Assembly (NCBI GenBank): GCA_977017575.1 | Contig: CDRNVI010000014.1 | Coordinates: 248,001-312,000 of the forward strand | Direction of reading: 5' to 3' | DNA: 64,000 nt | Source: Paramoeba atlantica | Taxonomy: Eukaryota; Protista; Discosea | Shown: piece after piece, positions 37,800 through 49,600 of the stretch | Position numbering within the stretch: the stretch's first letter is position 1 | Layout of the letters: each line of letters opens with the position of its first letter | Translations under genes and position numbers: made by a program | Notes under the pieces: model-generated | The model's input: only the letters and a program-made list of their open reading frames with translations | Database searches by the model: none | What the model was told of the DNA's origin: nothing

Positions 37800-38566
37800 C
37801 AGTCCAGGTACTGGTTCCCTCCCAGGCTCCAGAACACACCGTAAGAGCTTTTGACCTAATTCCTTCGGCATTCAACAGATCTCGAAAAACTAGAGCGTTT
37901 ACCGCCGTTTGTTTGCCTATCACCCCCCCTGGGTCAAAAGTATTTAGAAAAAACACGAAAAAATAGCATAATTTTACTAAAAAATCCCAATAATTCAAAT
38001 TTTTGGGAGCTTTTTATTCGAATATGGTTTCTCATTCTATGAATTTGAGGGATACTCCCGTCAAATCTACTAAAGGCCAGTACTAAAGGCCAGTATAACT
38101 CGCCGAAAAGCGCCCCCTATTACCCATAAAACGTCACGATGTGCACTCCCAGAGCGCCTTGACCGAATTGTGAAGGAAAATTTGAAACCAGAGACTGAAA
38201 AACAGCTCCGGAAGGCTATAAAGAAAGCCTTTATGATGCTTAAGCGTCATCCTTATGGAAGCCAATTCTTAATTTGTATAAATTCGGTTCCTAAACGCTT
38301 GTGAATTGTGCGGAGCGTTCAAGGAGACCATTGTAGGTATTAATATATAGGAATCTATACACAATTTTTTCAGTTTTTACCCCCCCTCATTTTTTTTTGA
38401 ATTTTGCCAACTTTCACCACGCCCACCTAGGACCCACGGGGGGTGATAGGCAGAGCAACTGTGGGAAACGTTCTAGTTTTTCGAGATCTGTCGAATGCCG
38501 AAGGAATTAGGTCAAAAGCTCTTACGGTGTGTTCTGGAGCCTGGGGGGAAACCAATACCTGGACTG
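37800..38566. mobile_element. Non-autonomous Tc1/mariner-like element (767 bp, 136-bp TIRs, TA target duplication)
   Basis: TA(37798-99)-CAGTCCAGGTA ... TACCTGGACTG-TA(38567-68). TIRs 37800-37935 and 38431-38566 align without gaps, with 12 mismatches by hand count. The reconstructed empty site is ATGTATATATACAT. Confidence 0.92.
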
Positions 38567-38594
38567 TATACATCCACTACACCCCCCCCCCTTC

Positions 38595-39908
38595 TCAACA
38601 CAATATCACATACACCACCAGCGCATAAAACAACCCCAACGGGTACACGACCACCCCCCGCTGCCTCTCCATCCCCAACCCCTCCACGAGCATCCGCCCC
38701 CCACACCACGCCGCCCACCCCGTCATCCCGGGCGCCACCCCGTACCGCACCACCGCCTCCCCCCACCCCCCTCCGAGTACCCCCACGGCCCCCACCCCCG
38801 CACTCAGCACCACCATGGGGAACAGGCCGTAGCCCAGGACGCTGGTGACGAGGAGGAGGGGGACGGTACGGGATCCACTGCTGCCACTACTACTGCTGTC
38901 CAGTGGCACGAGCCCGTTGAGTAGGGCGTAGAGGGCGAGGGTGCCTACGGAGGAGAGGGCGTAGAGGGTGGGGACGTGGGAGGCGGCATGGGGCCGTAGG
39001 GAGAGGGTGGCGGCGAGGGCGAGCCAGAGGAGGAGGGGGCCGGTGAGGTCGGGGTCGCGGGCGGCGGAGGGGGGGAGGGGGGGGGCGAGGGGGTGGAGGA
39101 GGGCGTGGGCCTTGGCGCGGATGTGGGAGAGGTCGATGCCGAGCTCGGTGAGGAGCGGGAGGTCGGCGTCGTCGTCGTGGGGGTCGTGGTGGTCGTGAGA
39201 GGGGTAAGGGAGAGGGGGAGCGGTAGGGGTAGGGGTGGAGTAAGGAGGGGTGGGGGTAGGGGTGGGGGTTGTGGGGGTGGGAGTCGGATGGGTAGATGCT
39301 GTTGTGTAGGGGTAGGTAGAGGTTGTTGTGGGGTAGGTAGAGGTTGGCTTAAGATAACTCGAGTTTGTTGTGGGATAGGTAGACGTCGTGTTGGGGTAGG
39401 TAGAGCTTGTGTTGGGGTAGGTAGACGTCGTGTTGGGGTAGGGAGTGGAAGGGGGTCCCGAGGGGTGGGTCGGGGAAGGCGATCCCCATGGAGGGAGGTT
39501 GACGTCGGGTGAGGCGCCCTGGGGAGGAGGTTGGGGAGGAAGAGGGTCGAACGGGGAAAAGGGGAAAGCGTCAGAGGACGTTGGGTGGGAAGGGAGCGAG
39601 GCGGTGCGTTGGGGGGGAGGGGCAGTGGGGTGGGGTACGGCGTGGGACGGGGGGAATGGTGTGGAAGTTGAGGGGTTGTTCGAGGAGGTTAGAGTTTCGA
39701 AGGGGTCGGGAAAGGGGTGGGTATGGGGTGTGCCGTGGGGTCTGGGTTGGCCCACCCAGGGGGGTGGGTTAGAGGGTTGAGATGCAGCTTGGGGGAGTGG
39801 GTCGCCAGGCTCAGGTTTGGTGGACGGATAATCCGGGGTGTGGGAGGAGCTGGATTGGCTCCAGCCTTGTCGCGTCCATGCGGTGGGGTCGTAGCCAAGC
39901 CCCGACAT
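38595..39908 (-). CDS. YIP1-domain membrane protein (YIPF5/Yip1-like) with long Pro/Thr-rich N-terminus
   Basis: PLLTELGIDLSHIRAKA, DLTGPL, SVLGYGLFPMV and VYPLGLFY are YIP1 signatures. Confidence 0.9.
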   Translation of the reverse strand: MSGLGYDPTAWTRQGWSQSSSSHTPDYPSTKPEPGDPLPQAASQPSNPPPWVGQPRPHGTPHTHPFPDPFETLTSSNNPSTSTPFPPSHAVPHPTAPPPQRTASLPSHPTSSDAFPFSPFDPLPPQPPPQGASPDVNLPPWGSPSPTHPSGPPSTPYPNTTSTYPNTSSTYPNTTSTYPTTNSSYLKPTSTYPTTTSTYPYTTASTHPTPTPTTPTPTPTPPYSTPTPTAPPLPYPSHDHHDPHDDDADLPLLTELGIDLSHIRAKAHALLHPLAPPLPPSAARDPDLTGPLLLWLALAATLSLRPHAASHVPTLYALSSVGTLALYALLNGLVPLDSSSSGSSGSRTVPLLLVTSVLGYGLFPMVVLSAGVGAVGVLGGGWGEAVVRYGVAPGMTGWAAWCGGRMLVEGLGMERQRGVVVYPLGLFYALVVYVILC

Positions 39909-40280
39909 GCAGGATAGTAAGAAGAAAAAGGTCTATAATGTGTATATGTGTAGTAAATCGTGTACGATAGGACTCTACCCCCGGAGAGGTGGGGTCATTG
40001 ATTTCACGAGCCCTGTCTAGAATCAAATGATAACAAGGAAAAGCGTATTATTCTTGATCATTAACGAAAAACAACCAAAACGATTATACGTGTCGGAAAA
40101 ACAGTACCGAATAATTTTTGACCAGAATCGCCCATCAGCGGTGGGTTTGTGAAGCCGATCCCGCGGTGCAATTTGCACTGCATAAGAAAAGTTAGGATGC
40201 ACAACATAATTTACTCCCATATTGTCTAACTGAATATTTCTCTATTGAAGTACGAAACAGTTTGCATACAAAAAAAATAA

Positions 40281-41168
40281 TTATGCCTCCTTTTCTTCAA
40301 TTATGTACTCTTCGTAGGCTTGGTCGTATTTCTCTGGGGGCGCAATCACTTCGAATCGGTTTCCTTTCAATGCGATGAGCTTCACGCTCGCGGGGACGTC
40401 CATCAAATGGGCCACACCAGTGAATCGGTTACGATTCAAATGAAGATGTATCAATTTTGTGGGCAGTGCTGAGAAGTCCACGCTTCCTGTAAAATGGTTC
40501 GTTGAAAGGTTCAATTCGAGCAACGACGCCGGGAGATGTGTGAGGTCGATCTCCCCATCTAGAGCACACTCAGAGAGCTCTAAGAGTTCCATCGCCTGGG
40601 GAAGCGACGTCAGGGAGATGCCCCCGGTGAAGTGGTTGCGTGTCGTACTGAGTACCTCCAGGGTCTGTGGCAGTGATGTCACGTCGAGGGCCCCTGAAAA
40701 GGCGTTAAACCCAATCCACAGCTTCTCCATCCTCGGGGGGAGGGCCGTTAAATCCAGCGGCCCGTTCATGTGGTTGTGGTCCAGCGCAAGCTTGCGCAGC
40801 CCTCGGGGAAGCGTCCCGACGTCCAGCCCTCCTCGGATCTGGTTGTTGTGGAGGTAAAGCACTTGGGTACTCTCAGGTAGGGAGTCCCACAGCAGCGGTC
40901 CCCGCAGCTTTGGGGTTTGGTTGTCAAACAGCAAGTTGGCGACGTGTCCGTTGGCGTCAAGCCCGACCCGGGCCCATTGGGCGATTGGACGATATGTGGT
41001 CCATGTGCGGTCGAGGTTCTCAACCTCGTGGAGGAATGTGCACAGCTCCTGTTCCGGGGAAAGATTACGAAGGGCTGATGAGGTGGTGGAGAAGCGGGAC
41101 TCGGGGATGGCCTCGCCCGTCTGTAGAAGGGGAAGGTGAACTGAGGTGATAACGGAGGGAAAGAACAT
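40281..41168 (-). CDS. Leucine-rich repeat protein
   Basis: Repeats such as LPASLLELNLSTNHFTGSVDFSA. The ORF track starts at GTG 41264; the first ATG is at 41168. Confidence 0.9.
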   Translation of the reverse strand: MFFPSVITSVHLPLLQTGEAIPESRFSTTSSALRNLSPEQELCTFLHEVENLDRTWTTYRPIAQWARVGLDANGHVANLLFDNQTPKLRGPLLWDSLPESTQVLYLHNNQIRGGLDVGTLPRGLRKLALDHNHMNGPLDLTALPPRMEKLWIGFNAFSGALDVTSLPQTLEVLSTTRNHFTGGISLTSLPQAMELLELSECALDGEIDLTHLPASLLELNLSTNHFTGSVDFSALPTKLIHLHLNRNRFTGVAHLMDVPASVKLIALKGNRFEVIAPPEKYDQAYEEYIIEEKEA

Positions 41169-41640
41169 GTTAAGGAGTCGCGTGATAAGATAGTGTGTGT
41201 TAAACAGGATTTGGAATAGTAAAGTTACTTTATAAAAATACCATTTATTTAGATTCGTTGGCACATTTTTAGGAACAATATGTGCCTCAGTGAAGTGTCA
41301 ATGACTTCTTATTGGAAGGTAGAGTTGAAGGCTGTAAGCTGGGGCAAAAACAACAGAAGTATAAGCCATTCGTAAAGTCTTACGAAAAGTAAGACAATAG
41401 TCTTAGTACATGCATGTGCACGAATTTTATAGCGTGCATTAGCTCACACTTGAACGATGTCATAGAAGCGGATTGAGATTTACAGGATTAACTTACAGAG
41501 ACAACAAGCAAAAGTAGCACATTAATTTGTAGTTTATCGTTTTCGGGGCGTCAGTTGTTCAAAAGCCTAGAAAACTTCTTGAGTTTAGATGATACAGCGA
41601 TGTCGTTCTGTAGGTATAAAGAATGCTCATTAACGGATAC

Positions 41641-44600
41641 TCAAAAACGGTACTGATACCGAATAGGAGGAATGTCTACATCTTCATCCTCGATCGTTGC
41701 CATAGCTTCGAACTGCAAGTAGCGACCATGGGAAGGCAAAGGCTTTTTGGAGACTTCTTCGACCACACAACTCAAAAGTTTCTCCATCCTAACCTTGGAA
41801 GCGGCACTGAAACATGAGTACACAATGCATGTGCCACAACTCATCATGGAAATTTCAAGCCCGTGCTCTTTCTGCATAAAATCAAGAAACTCTCGCAAGG
41901 AAAGCTCCCGGCCAATACACACAATAATGCGATCCCACAACGTCCAGCGATGCTTCTTGGGATCACTGGGAGGGCCATAAGTCGTGGACCGAGGCGCTAG
42001 AGGGTCACTAAATGTAGTGAATCCTAATGCAAGGTTTAAAAATGCGTTACGAAATCGTGTTAAGGTATGATCCTCGGATGGAAGTATAATATGCTTCATT
42101 AACTCCATAAGGACCACTCCTGTTATAGCCGCAGTCGTGGTAACCATGGCTGGAATAATGCGCCCGGCTATTAACTTTGTACGATCGAAGTTTGCGGTCT
42201 CAATCCCGTAACATGTCGCACGGAGGTTCGAGCACGCTGTGACAAAGGCAATGTGGTGGTTTTCATCGTTGTCCTTTTCAAATTCGATGGGGCACAATTG
42301 TTCAGAAAGTACAGAATATAATGATGCGTCGGGTAGCTTAACGGAGTTCTCACCCTTTTCGGCGTTCGACTCGTGGGATACGGTGTTGTCATCGGGTTCA
42401 GTCTGAATTCGCATTTTTCGGGGTTGAAAAGATGGCATGGTTGCTTCCGCAGCAACACGCGCGACGTGGGTACGTGTGCAATTGAAGGCCATAGCGCTAA
42501 GTCCATAATTGCAGGCCCGTAAATGTGCCGCGGATTCGACGAAATCTACGTGCAATTCGTTATTCGGGTCAAATAAAAGGGGGATAGGCGCCCTTTTTGG
42601 TCCAATCCAGAAAGGAGCACCGCTGGGGGTGGTGCTGTCTACGGGAAAATTGTGAAGCAACTCTGCTGGTTGATTAAAGAAAAATTCTTGAAACTTGTGT
42701 CTAGCAAATACGATACAATCCTCGATGCTTGAAGGGGCACAGCGTAAAGACTGTGCGATACCTTGTAGTATCTCTGGTTTGGTTCCGGGCTCCTTATCGA
42801 GCTGCCTAATAAAAGTCACATCAGTTAGGTATCCATGAAGCTCGCGCATACGGGTGACGAACTCACCTTCAAAGCACTCACGCGCCCACTGGATTGTGTG
42901 CTCAATTTGGCTAGGAAAGTTTTTCAGCGTGCACACCGGAATGCTCTTCTCCGGAGGGTCAGAGCTGCTGGCATAGCTCTCCGTTAAGTGAGGAATAACT
43001 ACTTGAGCATTTGCTTGACAGCCCAATGTACCGCTGTCAAACATCGGAAGTCGATGAGCCACGCACTCGCCGTCGACATAGGTACGAGCCACTACGTTAT
43101 CCAAAGCGGTACACACACCGGAAAGAGAACTCCAGAAGTGGTCATGAAACGTATCCTCCGTCCCTTCCCCTACTTTGTCTTGCATAGGATACATGTTTAG
43201 ATGTGGATTCATCTCGCGTCCTTTTTTCGAAGCACAGATCGACTTTGCCTTTCCAATGTCGGAATTACGAAACAAAAACTGACGAGAAAGATTCGATTTC
43301 TCTATAGTATCCATATCTGTTACTACAATACGACCCTCAGGAGAACATCCCAGACCGCAAAGCGCGAAATTTTTGATAAGCTCACAGCCAAGGGCACCTG
43401 CACCGACCAGAAACAAAGATTGCCTTAAAAACTTTTGTTGGGCTTCGGCACCAAAAATAGCGATCTGCGCATCATACCGGCAAGACTGTGCTTTTCTGCT
43501 CTCTGATGGAATTTTAGCACTTGAGATCATCTCACGAGCGTCAAAGAAATAGAATTGTTGTATCGGTGTAAACTTCCCGGTTGCTCCCTTCAAGATTTCA
43601 TGCGCCGCAATACCCCCAATAAGAGTACTTATCCCAGCAAAGCTTCCGCATGCTCCCATGGCAAAAGACATAAACAGGTTTGAGTCGAATTCAAGGTCAG
43701 GAGCCAACTCCTTCATAAGTTGTACAACGCTTTGCGCATCGTGCTCGGACCCCGCTTGAGGTAAGCGTTGATTGTGTTCCTGATAGCGATGAAGGGCTCG
43801 AAAGTAAGCATGAAGCTGCGGAGGGGCATCAAACTTACCAAGATCCGAATAAACGTAGGATGGGTCAGCGATATTTTGTTCCAGACACCTGAATTTCATA
43901 ACCACGCTCTTTTTTACCCCACGCACCGTGCCGCGTCGATCATAGGCGTCACACCCGAACATACGCCCGCCGAGGTCGAGCACGAAGTTATGCGGAGTCG
44001 TGACCTGCTTCACAACCCACTCCTTGTGCAACAACCCCTCGAGTTCCCCGGACATGGCGTGGAACATCACCACATCCCCCTCCTCGAGACCATGTCGCTG
44101 GTCCTCGTGACACAGCACGGCACCCTCCGCGGTTACGGCATTCACTAAACACGTGGGGTAGTCCTCCCCGTTACGGTCCAACACAGTGAAGTTGTCCCCA
44201 AAGTCCACAAACAGAGCCGCACACAGCCCACGGGTCTCAGCAAGGACAAATGCAATGCCAAGGGAGCGGCAGAGTGCATTGAGGGCCAGAACGTCACGGC
44301 TGGAATACGGCTGGTCCACGACCACAACCACGGAGTAGGCTGAGAGCTCCTCCGGGGTGAGGCCATGGAGGGCAGCACCTGGGTGCTGGCTGCGAATTGT
44401 GACATAGGGGTTGAGCTCGGCAAGCTTGTCGGTGACAACAGCAACACGGGGTGCCCCAATGTCGTTCTCTCCGGCGAAGAAAAGCGTCGCAAGGTCCATA
44501 TAGGAAACCCGTGCGTGGTCGCGCAACGTGATGCTCCGGATTCCGGTAAGGACCAAGTTTTTTGCAATCTCACATCCCGTGCCGGAGAGCCCGATCAGAA

Positions 44601-44685
44601 GAACGTCCGCGGCGGAGATTTTCGCCTGGGCCTCCGTTCCCACGGCGTATTCCTGTCTGTTATACAATTGCTTGTCGTACGACAT
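41641..44685 (-). CDS. UBA1: Ubiquitin-activating enzyme E1
   Basis: LYNRQEYAVG, VGAGALGCELIKNF, DMDTIEKSNLSRQFLFR, catalytic IPVCTLKNFP, FEKDND and IAGRIIPAMVTTTA. Confidence 0.97.
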   Translation of the reverse strand: MSYDKQLYNRQEYAVGTEAQAKISAADVLLIGLSGTGCEIAKNLVLTGIRSITLRDHARVSYMDLATLFFAGENDIGAPRVAVVTDKLAELNPYVTIRSQHPGAALHGLTPEELSAYSVVVVVDQPYSSRDVLALNALCRSLGIAFVLAETRGLCAALFVDFGDNFTVLDRNGEDYPTCLVNAVTAEGAVLCHEDQRHGLEEGDVVMFHAMSGELEGLLHKEWVVKQVTTPHNFVLDLGGRMFGCDAYDRRGTVRGVKKSVVMKFRCLEQNIADPSYVYSDLGKFDAPPQLHAYFRALHRYQEHNQRLPQAGSEHDAQSVVQLMKELAPDLEFDSNLFMSFAMGACGSFAGISTLIGGIAAHEILKGATGKFTPIQQFYFFDAREMISSAKIPSESRKAQSCRYDAQIAIFGAEAQQKFLRQSLFLVGAGALGCELIKNFALCGLGCSPEGRIVVTDMDTIEKSNLSRQFLFRNSDIGKAKSICASKKGREMNPHLNMYPMQDKVGEGTEDTFHDHFWSSLSGVCTALDNVVARTYVDGECVAHRLPMFDSGTLGCQANAQVVIPHLTESYASSSDPPEKSIPVCTLKNFPSQIEHTIQWARECFEGEFVTRMRELHGYLTDVTFIRQLDKEPGTKPEILQGIAQSLRCAPSSIEDCIVFARHKFQEFFFNQPAELLHNFPVDSTTPSGAPFWIGPKRAPIPLLFDPNNELHVDFVESAAHLRACNYGLSAMAFNCTRTHVARVAAEATMPSFQPRKMRIQTEPDDNTVSHESNAEKGENSVKLPDASLYSVLSEQLCPIEFEKDNDENHHIAFVTACSNLRATCYGIETANFDRTKLIAGRIIPAMVTTTAAITGVVLMELMKHIILPSEDHTLTRFRNAFLNLALGFTTFSDPLAPRSTTYGPPSDPKKHRWTLWDRIIVCIGRELSLREFLDFMQKEHGLEISMMSCGTCIVYSCFSAASKVRMEKLLSCVVEEVSKKPLPSHGRYLQFEAMATIEDEDVDIPPIRYQYRF

Positions 44686-45594
44686 GGAAGAAAGTACAAC
44701 GAAACGGCCAAATAAAGGTCTTTAACCACTAGAAGATTCTTGTCCACCCATGATTTCTTTCTTTTCCAACGCACGACGTTTCACGTTCAAACTAAAAAGA
44801 AAGGTAATTTCATAAAGTGGGGTCTAGTTGTCGTAGAGCCTAGTTATTTCGAGATGATACTTCCTAAGATACAATAAGAAATTTTTATTGCTGCATGAAT
44901 CTGATGCCACAAAAACTAAATAAAAAAAAATGCCGCTTTGCTGCAGGATGCATTCTCTTCAAAAGCAACGCTAACAGCGGGGGGCGTACCAGGGCATCGT
45001 ACAAAAGGACCTTTCATTCAGAAAATATCAGACACGTTACAACTGAATGTTCCGTACCGCTTTACGAAACTCTACGCTCTCGCTTGGTACACGTATCCGG
45101 AATCCTACGCATACCTCTGGCGAGATACTATTGGATCATCAACTTCATACGTGAGAATAGATGCCTATTCACACATGCTGAATAGATGCCTTCTGATTAT
45201 CTACTAAACCATTCTACAATGACGAACAGGGAAAGGCTAACCGCAAAGCTATGCCCCTGAAACGCAATTATTTTTTTAACCCCTGAAAACTTCACTGTTT
45301 CCGACAATTTTTTATGTCAGCATGTCATATCCATCTGAAAGGCCGAGGGCGATATCTCCACCTCTTTCTTCACATGAAGTGGTGACCCCTGAAGTCAGTA
45401 GTCACTTCAGCGACTCTGATTATCTGTGCACAGAGGACATGTCGGGGTAGGAATATTACATTTCTTCCACGTTACCGGAATACGCAACGTCTGATTCGGA
45501 AGATGATCCAAATTGGTATCCTGATCAACAAGTCTCGCACCCCTGTACCCACAGGTGGAGGACAGGAACGTCACCCCAATCTTCACCCCCCCGC

Positions 45595-46413
45595 TCACCG
45601 CCTCCTCACATCATCAAACGTGAGCTGTTTCGGCCGCGGAATCTTCACCATCGGGTAATTCTCCATCGCCTTCATCTCCCCCCCCTCCACAAACCGTCTC
45701 TGTCCCTCCAACGCCATCCTCTCCGCCCGTCCCCCCCCCTCATCCTCACACACCCCCCTCTCCCTCCACGGCACCGGGGCCTTCCCCAGCCCCCCCGCGG
45801 CCATCGGGAGCCCGTGCCGCCCCCCGGTCGCGCGCTCCTCCTCCGCGGCGTGGATCTCCCGCAGCAGGAGCTCCACCAGCTTGCACAGCCCCAGGACGAA
45901 GGCGCACTGGGTGAGCAGGTAGCGGAGGGAGAGGGTGGGGCGTCGCCGGAAGGCCCTCCAGTACGTCTGGGGGGCGGGGACCCGGACGACGTGGTACCCG
46001 AACCGGGCGGAGGCGGGGGCGGGGGGGGGCGGGGCGTAGGCGAGCTCGCCGCGGGGGGGGGCGGGGGCTCGGGGGGTAGTGGGGTGGGAGGCGCGGAAGG
46101 GGGGGATGGGGGGAGGGGGGGGGAGGAAGGTGGGGGGACCGCTGGGGGGGGAGAGGGCGGTGGGGGTGGAGGGAGGAGGAGAGGGGGTCGGGGGGTTGGT
46201 CGGTTTTTTGGTGGATTTTTTACGTGGGGTGGGTGAGCGTGGGGGGGAGGTGGGGACAGAGACTAGGGAGGGGGTTGGGGGGTTGGTCGGGTTTTTTGGT
46301 TTTTTTTTGCGTGGGGTGGGGGAGTGGGGGGGAGAGGGGGGGAGGGGGGGTTGTGTGTGTGGGGTGGTTTTTTTTTGACGGGTGGGGTAAAGTCGTGGGA
46401 TGGCCCGGAGCAT
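45595..46413 (-). CDS. Hypothetical protein with MLR-type mitochondrial-like N-terminus, Pro-rich region and one hydrophobic segment
   Basis: The ORF track starts at GTG 46491; ATG 46413 gives MLRAIPRLY. The hydrophobic stretch is YLLTQCAFVLGLCKLVELLL. Confidence 0.55.
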   Translation of the reverse strand: MLRAIPRLYPTRQKKTTPHTQPPLPPSPPHSPTPRKKKPKNPTNPPTPSLVSVPTSPPRSPTPRKKSTKKPTNPPTPSPPPSTPTALSPPSGPPTFLPPPPPIPPFRASHPTTPRAPAPPRGELAYAPPPPAPASARFGYHVVRVPAPQTYWRAFRRRPTLSLRYLLTQCAFVLGLCKLVELLLREIHAAEEERATGGRHGLPMAAGGLGKAPVPWRERGVCEDEGGGRAERMALEGQRRFVEGGEMKAMENYPMVKIPRPKQLTFDDVRRR

Positions 46414-46620
46414 GGGGTTAGGAAGGTAGGGAAACCGTGTTTTGGGGGTTCGTGGGTGATAGGAAAGGAAAGGTAGGAACAAGATGTACACAGATAAAGC
46501 ATAAGTACAAAGAAAGTATAAAACTTAAAAAATGAGGGGTAAAAAACATCTCGTTTTCGCATGCGTTAAAATAGCAAGCAAGAAACATCGTTCTCACGAT
46601 TTACTGCCCTGTAAGCGGGT

Positions 46621-49600
46621 TTAATACTGTGTTGCTGCATCAAACCACTGTTTAATGATCTGGGATAAAATAACGGGAATGTGGCTCATATCCCGCACGA
46701 CAAGATAGTGAGCAAATGGGAAGTCTTCCAAGTAGGGTTGCCTGCGTACTCCTCCTTCCGGAGTAAACTCGACGGTTTCCATATCAAGAACGGAAGCACG
46801 TGAAGCGGGGGTTTCACCCGTAGCTTCGGATTGGCTTGGAGATGGAGGGGCGTCAAGTATTAATAGCACAATGATTTGCTCATTGGATTGTGCCCTACAT
46901 TGAAGCTCCCGAATCGCGGAACGGTCCTCAGTAATTTGACCGTCGGATAGGATAAACAGCAACTGGACTATGCGACTCGATCCTCGTGAAGTTTGTGTCG
47001 CGCTTCGGGCACGGTGGTAATCCATGTAGTCCAGCGTCTGCTCTAAAAATGTTTTGAAGCGCGTGCGACGTTGTGCAAAGGTAAGCTTACGCAGGCACTC
47101 CACCCCGGTAGTTTCCAAGTAGAATGGACTTTCAAAGGAGTGGCAAACGGTGAGGTCGTGTCCCAAAGCTAGGACAGCGAGTTCCCCAACCTCGAGCCGG
47201 TGGAGCGCCTGTGCGAGTAGCGCCACACAAGATAGACTCTCTCGTGTGACTCGATTCGCTTGCATACTGTAGCTGTCGTCTACTGCCAAAGCAATCTGGT
47301 ACTGTCTTTTTGAAGGCAGTGTACGACGTAGCCATATTTTATCTCGTCGGTAGTTGGATGCAAAATAGGGAATTAGCCTCCGTATGTTAAGTCGTTTGCC
47401 TGTTTTGTAGTCACCCTGAAGCCTGTCCACTTTCGTCGGTTGCAGTACGCAGCGTAGTTGTTCGCACAAGTGAGTGCTAAGCGGGGCGCTTTCCTGTAGC
47501 AGTGTAGACCACAGATCACCAGGCGACACGTCTGCACTGTTAGCACTTTTCTCGTCGGGCAAGGCATCAGCGGCATCAAGAACTTTGCGACCCGCAGAAT
47601 GAATCCCACGAACGTTGGTGTTCAATTTAGACTCGTTTTCTTTCTCCTCTACAGATTTCTGTATTCCTGGATCCATGTCTTTAACCTGACGTTCCACATC
47701 ACGCAAGGTTTCTTCTAGCTTCTCACACTGAACTTGCGATTGAATAGCTGCGGCTCCTAATTTTGCATTTATATTAGTTTCCTCCGCAAGCACATGTGCG
47801 TCTGCTGTGTTTTCATGCTTCGCAGCGTCCTGAGCTTCGACTTTGATCAATTCCGGAAGTATATCTACGTGCGGTATACTAGTTGGCTCCAATCGCGGTA
47901 GGGCCTTATCGCCCTTCGGGAAATTTTGCTTGCGGGAATCAGAGCTGTTTTCTGTTTTCTTCTGTCCGTCCAGCCGAGAAACAGCCCCATAACTACCCCC
48001 TGTGTTATCTTGTGCAAAATCAACATTTTCCGTGCCATCTAAAGATTCTTGAGGCATGTCAGAAGTAATATTTGTTTGCTCAGGAAGTGAGTGTGCGTTA
48101 TTTTCTTGATTGTTCTCAAGTGTATCCTTTGCTCCAGAAGTGGAAGAGCCGTTTGTGGTGGAACTTGACCCTAGCCCCTGAGTTCGATCACTAGGAGGAG
48201 TTTCGTGTGTCAAGTCGGTTGGTTGAGACGACACATCGTCTTGCTCATCCGTATCATCATGAGAGCCTTCCATCTCGGAGTCCAAGTTCTGCCCACAAGT
48301 AGCATCTTCTGATTTTTCGTCGCGATCGCTTTCGTCGTCGCAACTCATCTCCGAGTTTTCTTGCATAACGTCCTCAGAAGCACCATCTTCTGATAGTGAC
48401 GAAAATGCTTCATTTTCTAAAGATTTAGCTCTACCAGACTCAGATCCCGATTGAGCCTCTTCATCTTGCGAAATGAAACCATCATCCTTTTCCTTATGAA
48501 AATCGGAAATATCCATATCTTCGTTATTCCCATCTTTCTCGGACTGCATTGGACCAGTAGAGGAATCCTCCTTTTGTTTCTCTTCCGAGCCAGCTAAAGA
48601 TTCATTCTCTGACGCCCCTCCCTCGTCAGAATTTATTTGATCTTTATTAGTAGTGTTATTACCCGACTGACCAAATTCGTTCTCAATATCGCTATTCTGC
48701 TCACTGCTGTTTTCCGAATCTTCATTCAAAGATTCATATTCCTGTTCAAAATTTGTGGTCGCATCTATTGGCTTCTGTTCGTCATCACGATCTTGCTTCT
48801 CAGGTTTTTCGCCAGATTCGTTTTTCATGTCCTCAGAAGTCAAAAACTGATCTTCGTTTTCAAGTTCTTGGGTAACATCCTTTTTACCCTCACCGGAACC
48901 CATACCAGTCCCATCTTGGACATCCATATTTTCTATCTCTGAATTCTCTTGAGTGTCTGAAGTAGTGGTTGGAGAAAGTCCAGCAGTTCCCAAGCGCAGT
49001 GCCAGAGTAGACCAAAATAATGCTATTTTGAGTGTTTTGTGATGAATTGGAAGGGACTGAAGTACTAAGCTGTGTGCTGAGCGCAGCCATCGATTCTTTT
49101 TCTCACACATGCATTCTGTGCACTCCAGAAACGTAAGTTTTGTATATTCTAGTATATAGGTGTGCAGGTCGAAAGCGCGAGTTGGAAGTTTCAATTCGTG
49201 TTCTACCACGGAAGCATCTTCGCGTGCTCTCTTTTGCAATTTCTTTTTCTGGTGTTTTAAACATGTCTGACGCAAGTATGCTCCCCCTGATGAGTCAAAA
49301 AAATTCTGAAGCTTTCCGCTTAGTTCCGCTATGTCACCAAGATGAAAGCTCAATGAATTGATGCAATTTTCGTAGGGCAAGAGATCACTCTTTTGCGAAG
49401 ATTTGGCGTATGATAAGTATTCTGTCAGAGCACTTTTCACCTTCAGGACCTCTTCCAACCACTTTTGTACAGATTCCGCATTGCTACACGGTAGGTTACG
49501 GAGGATCACCTCCACATTGGAACATATTTTGTACATGGAAGCTTCAGAAGATAAAACCACCCACTCTCTACTTTCGTAGCTGGTCATTTGTATTAATGTA

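Noticed and set aside
37683-38924. Mirrored ORFs beginning MPKELGQKLLRCVLEPG on both strands
   Set aside because: They are translations of the two TIR arms of the 37800-38566 element, not genes.
45017-45141. Possible box C/D snoRNA on the minus strand (TTGATGA...CTGA)
   Set aside because: Box C is imperfect, the span is long (over 110 nt), and I recognised no rRNA-complementary guide.
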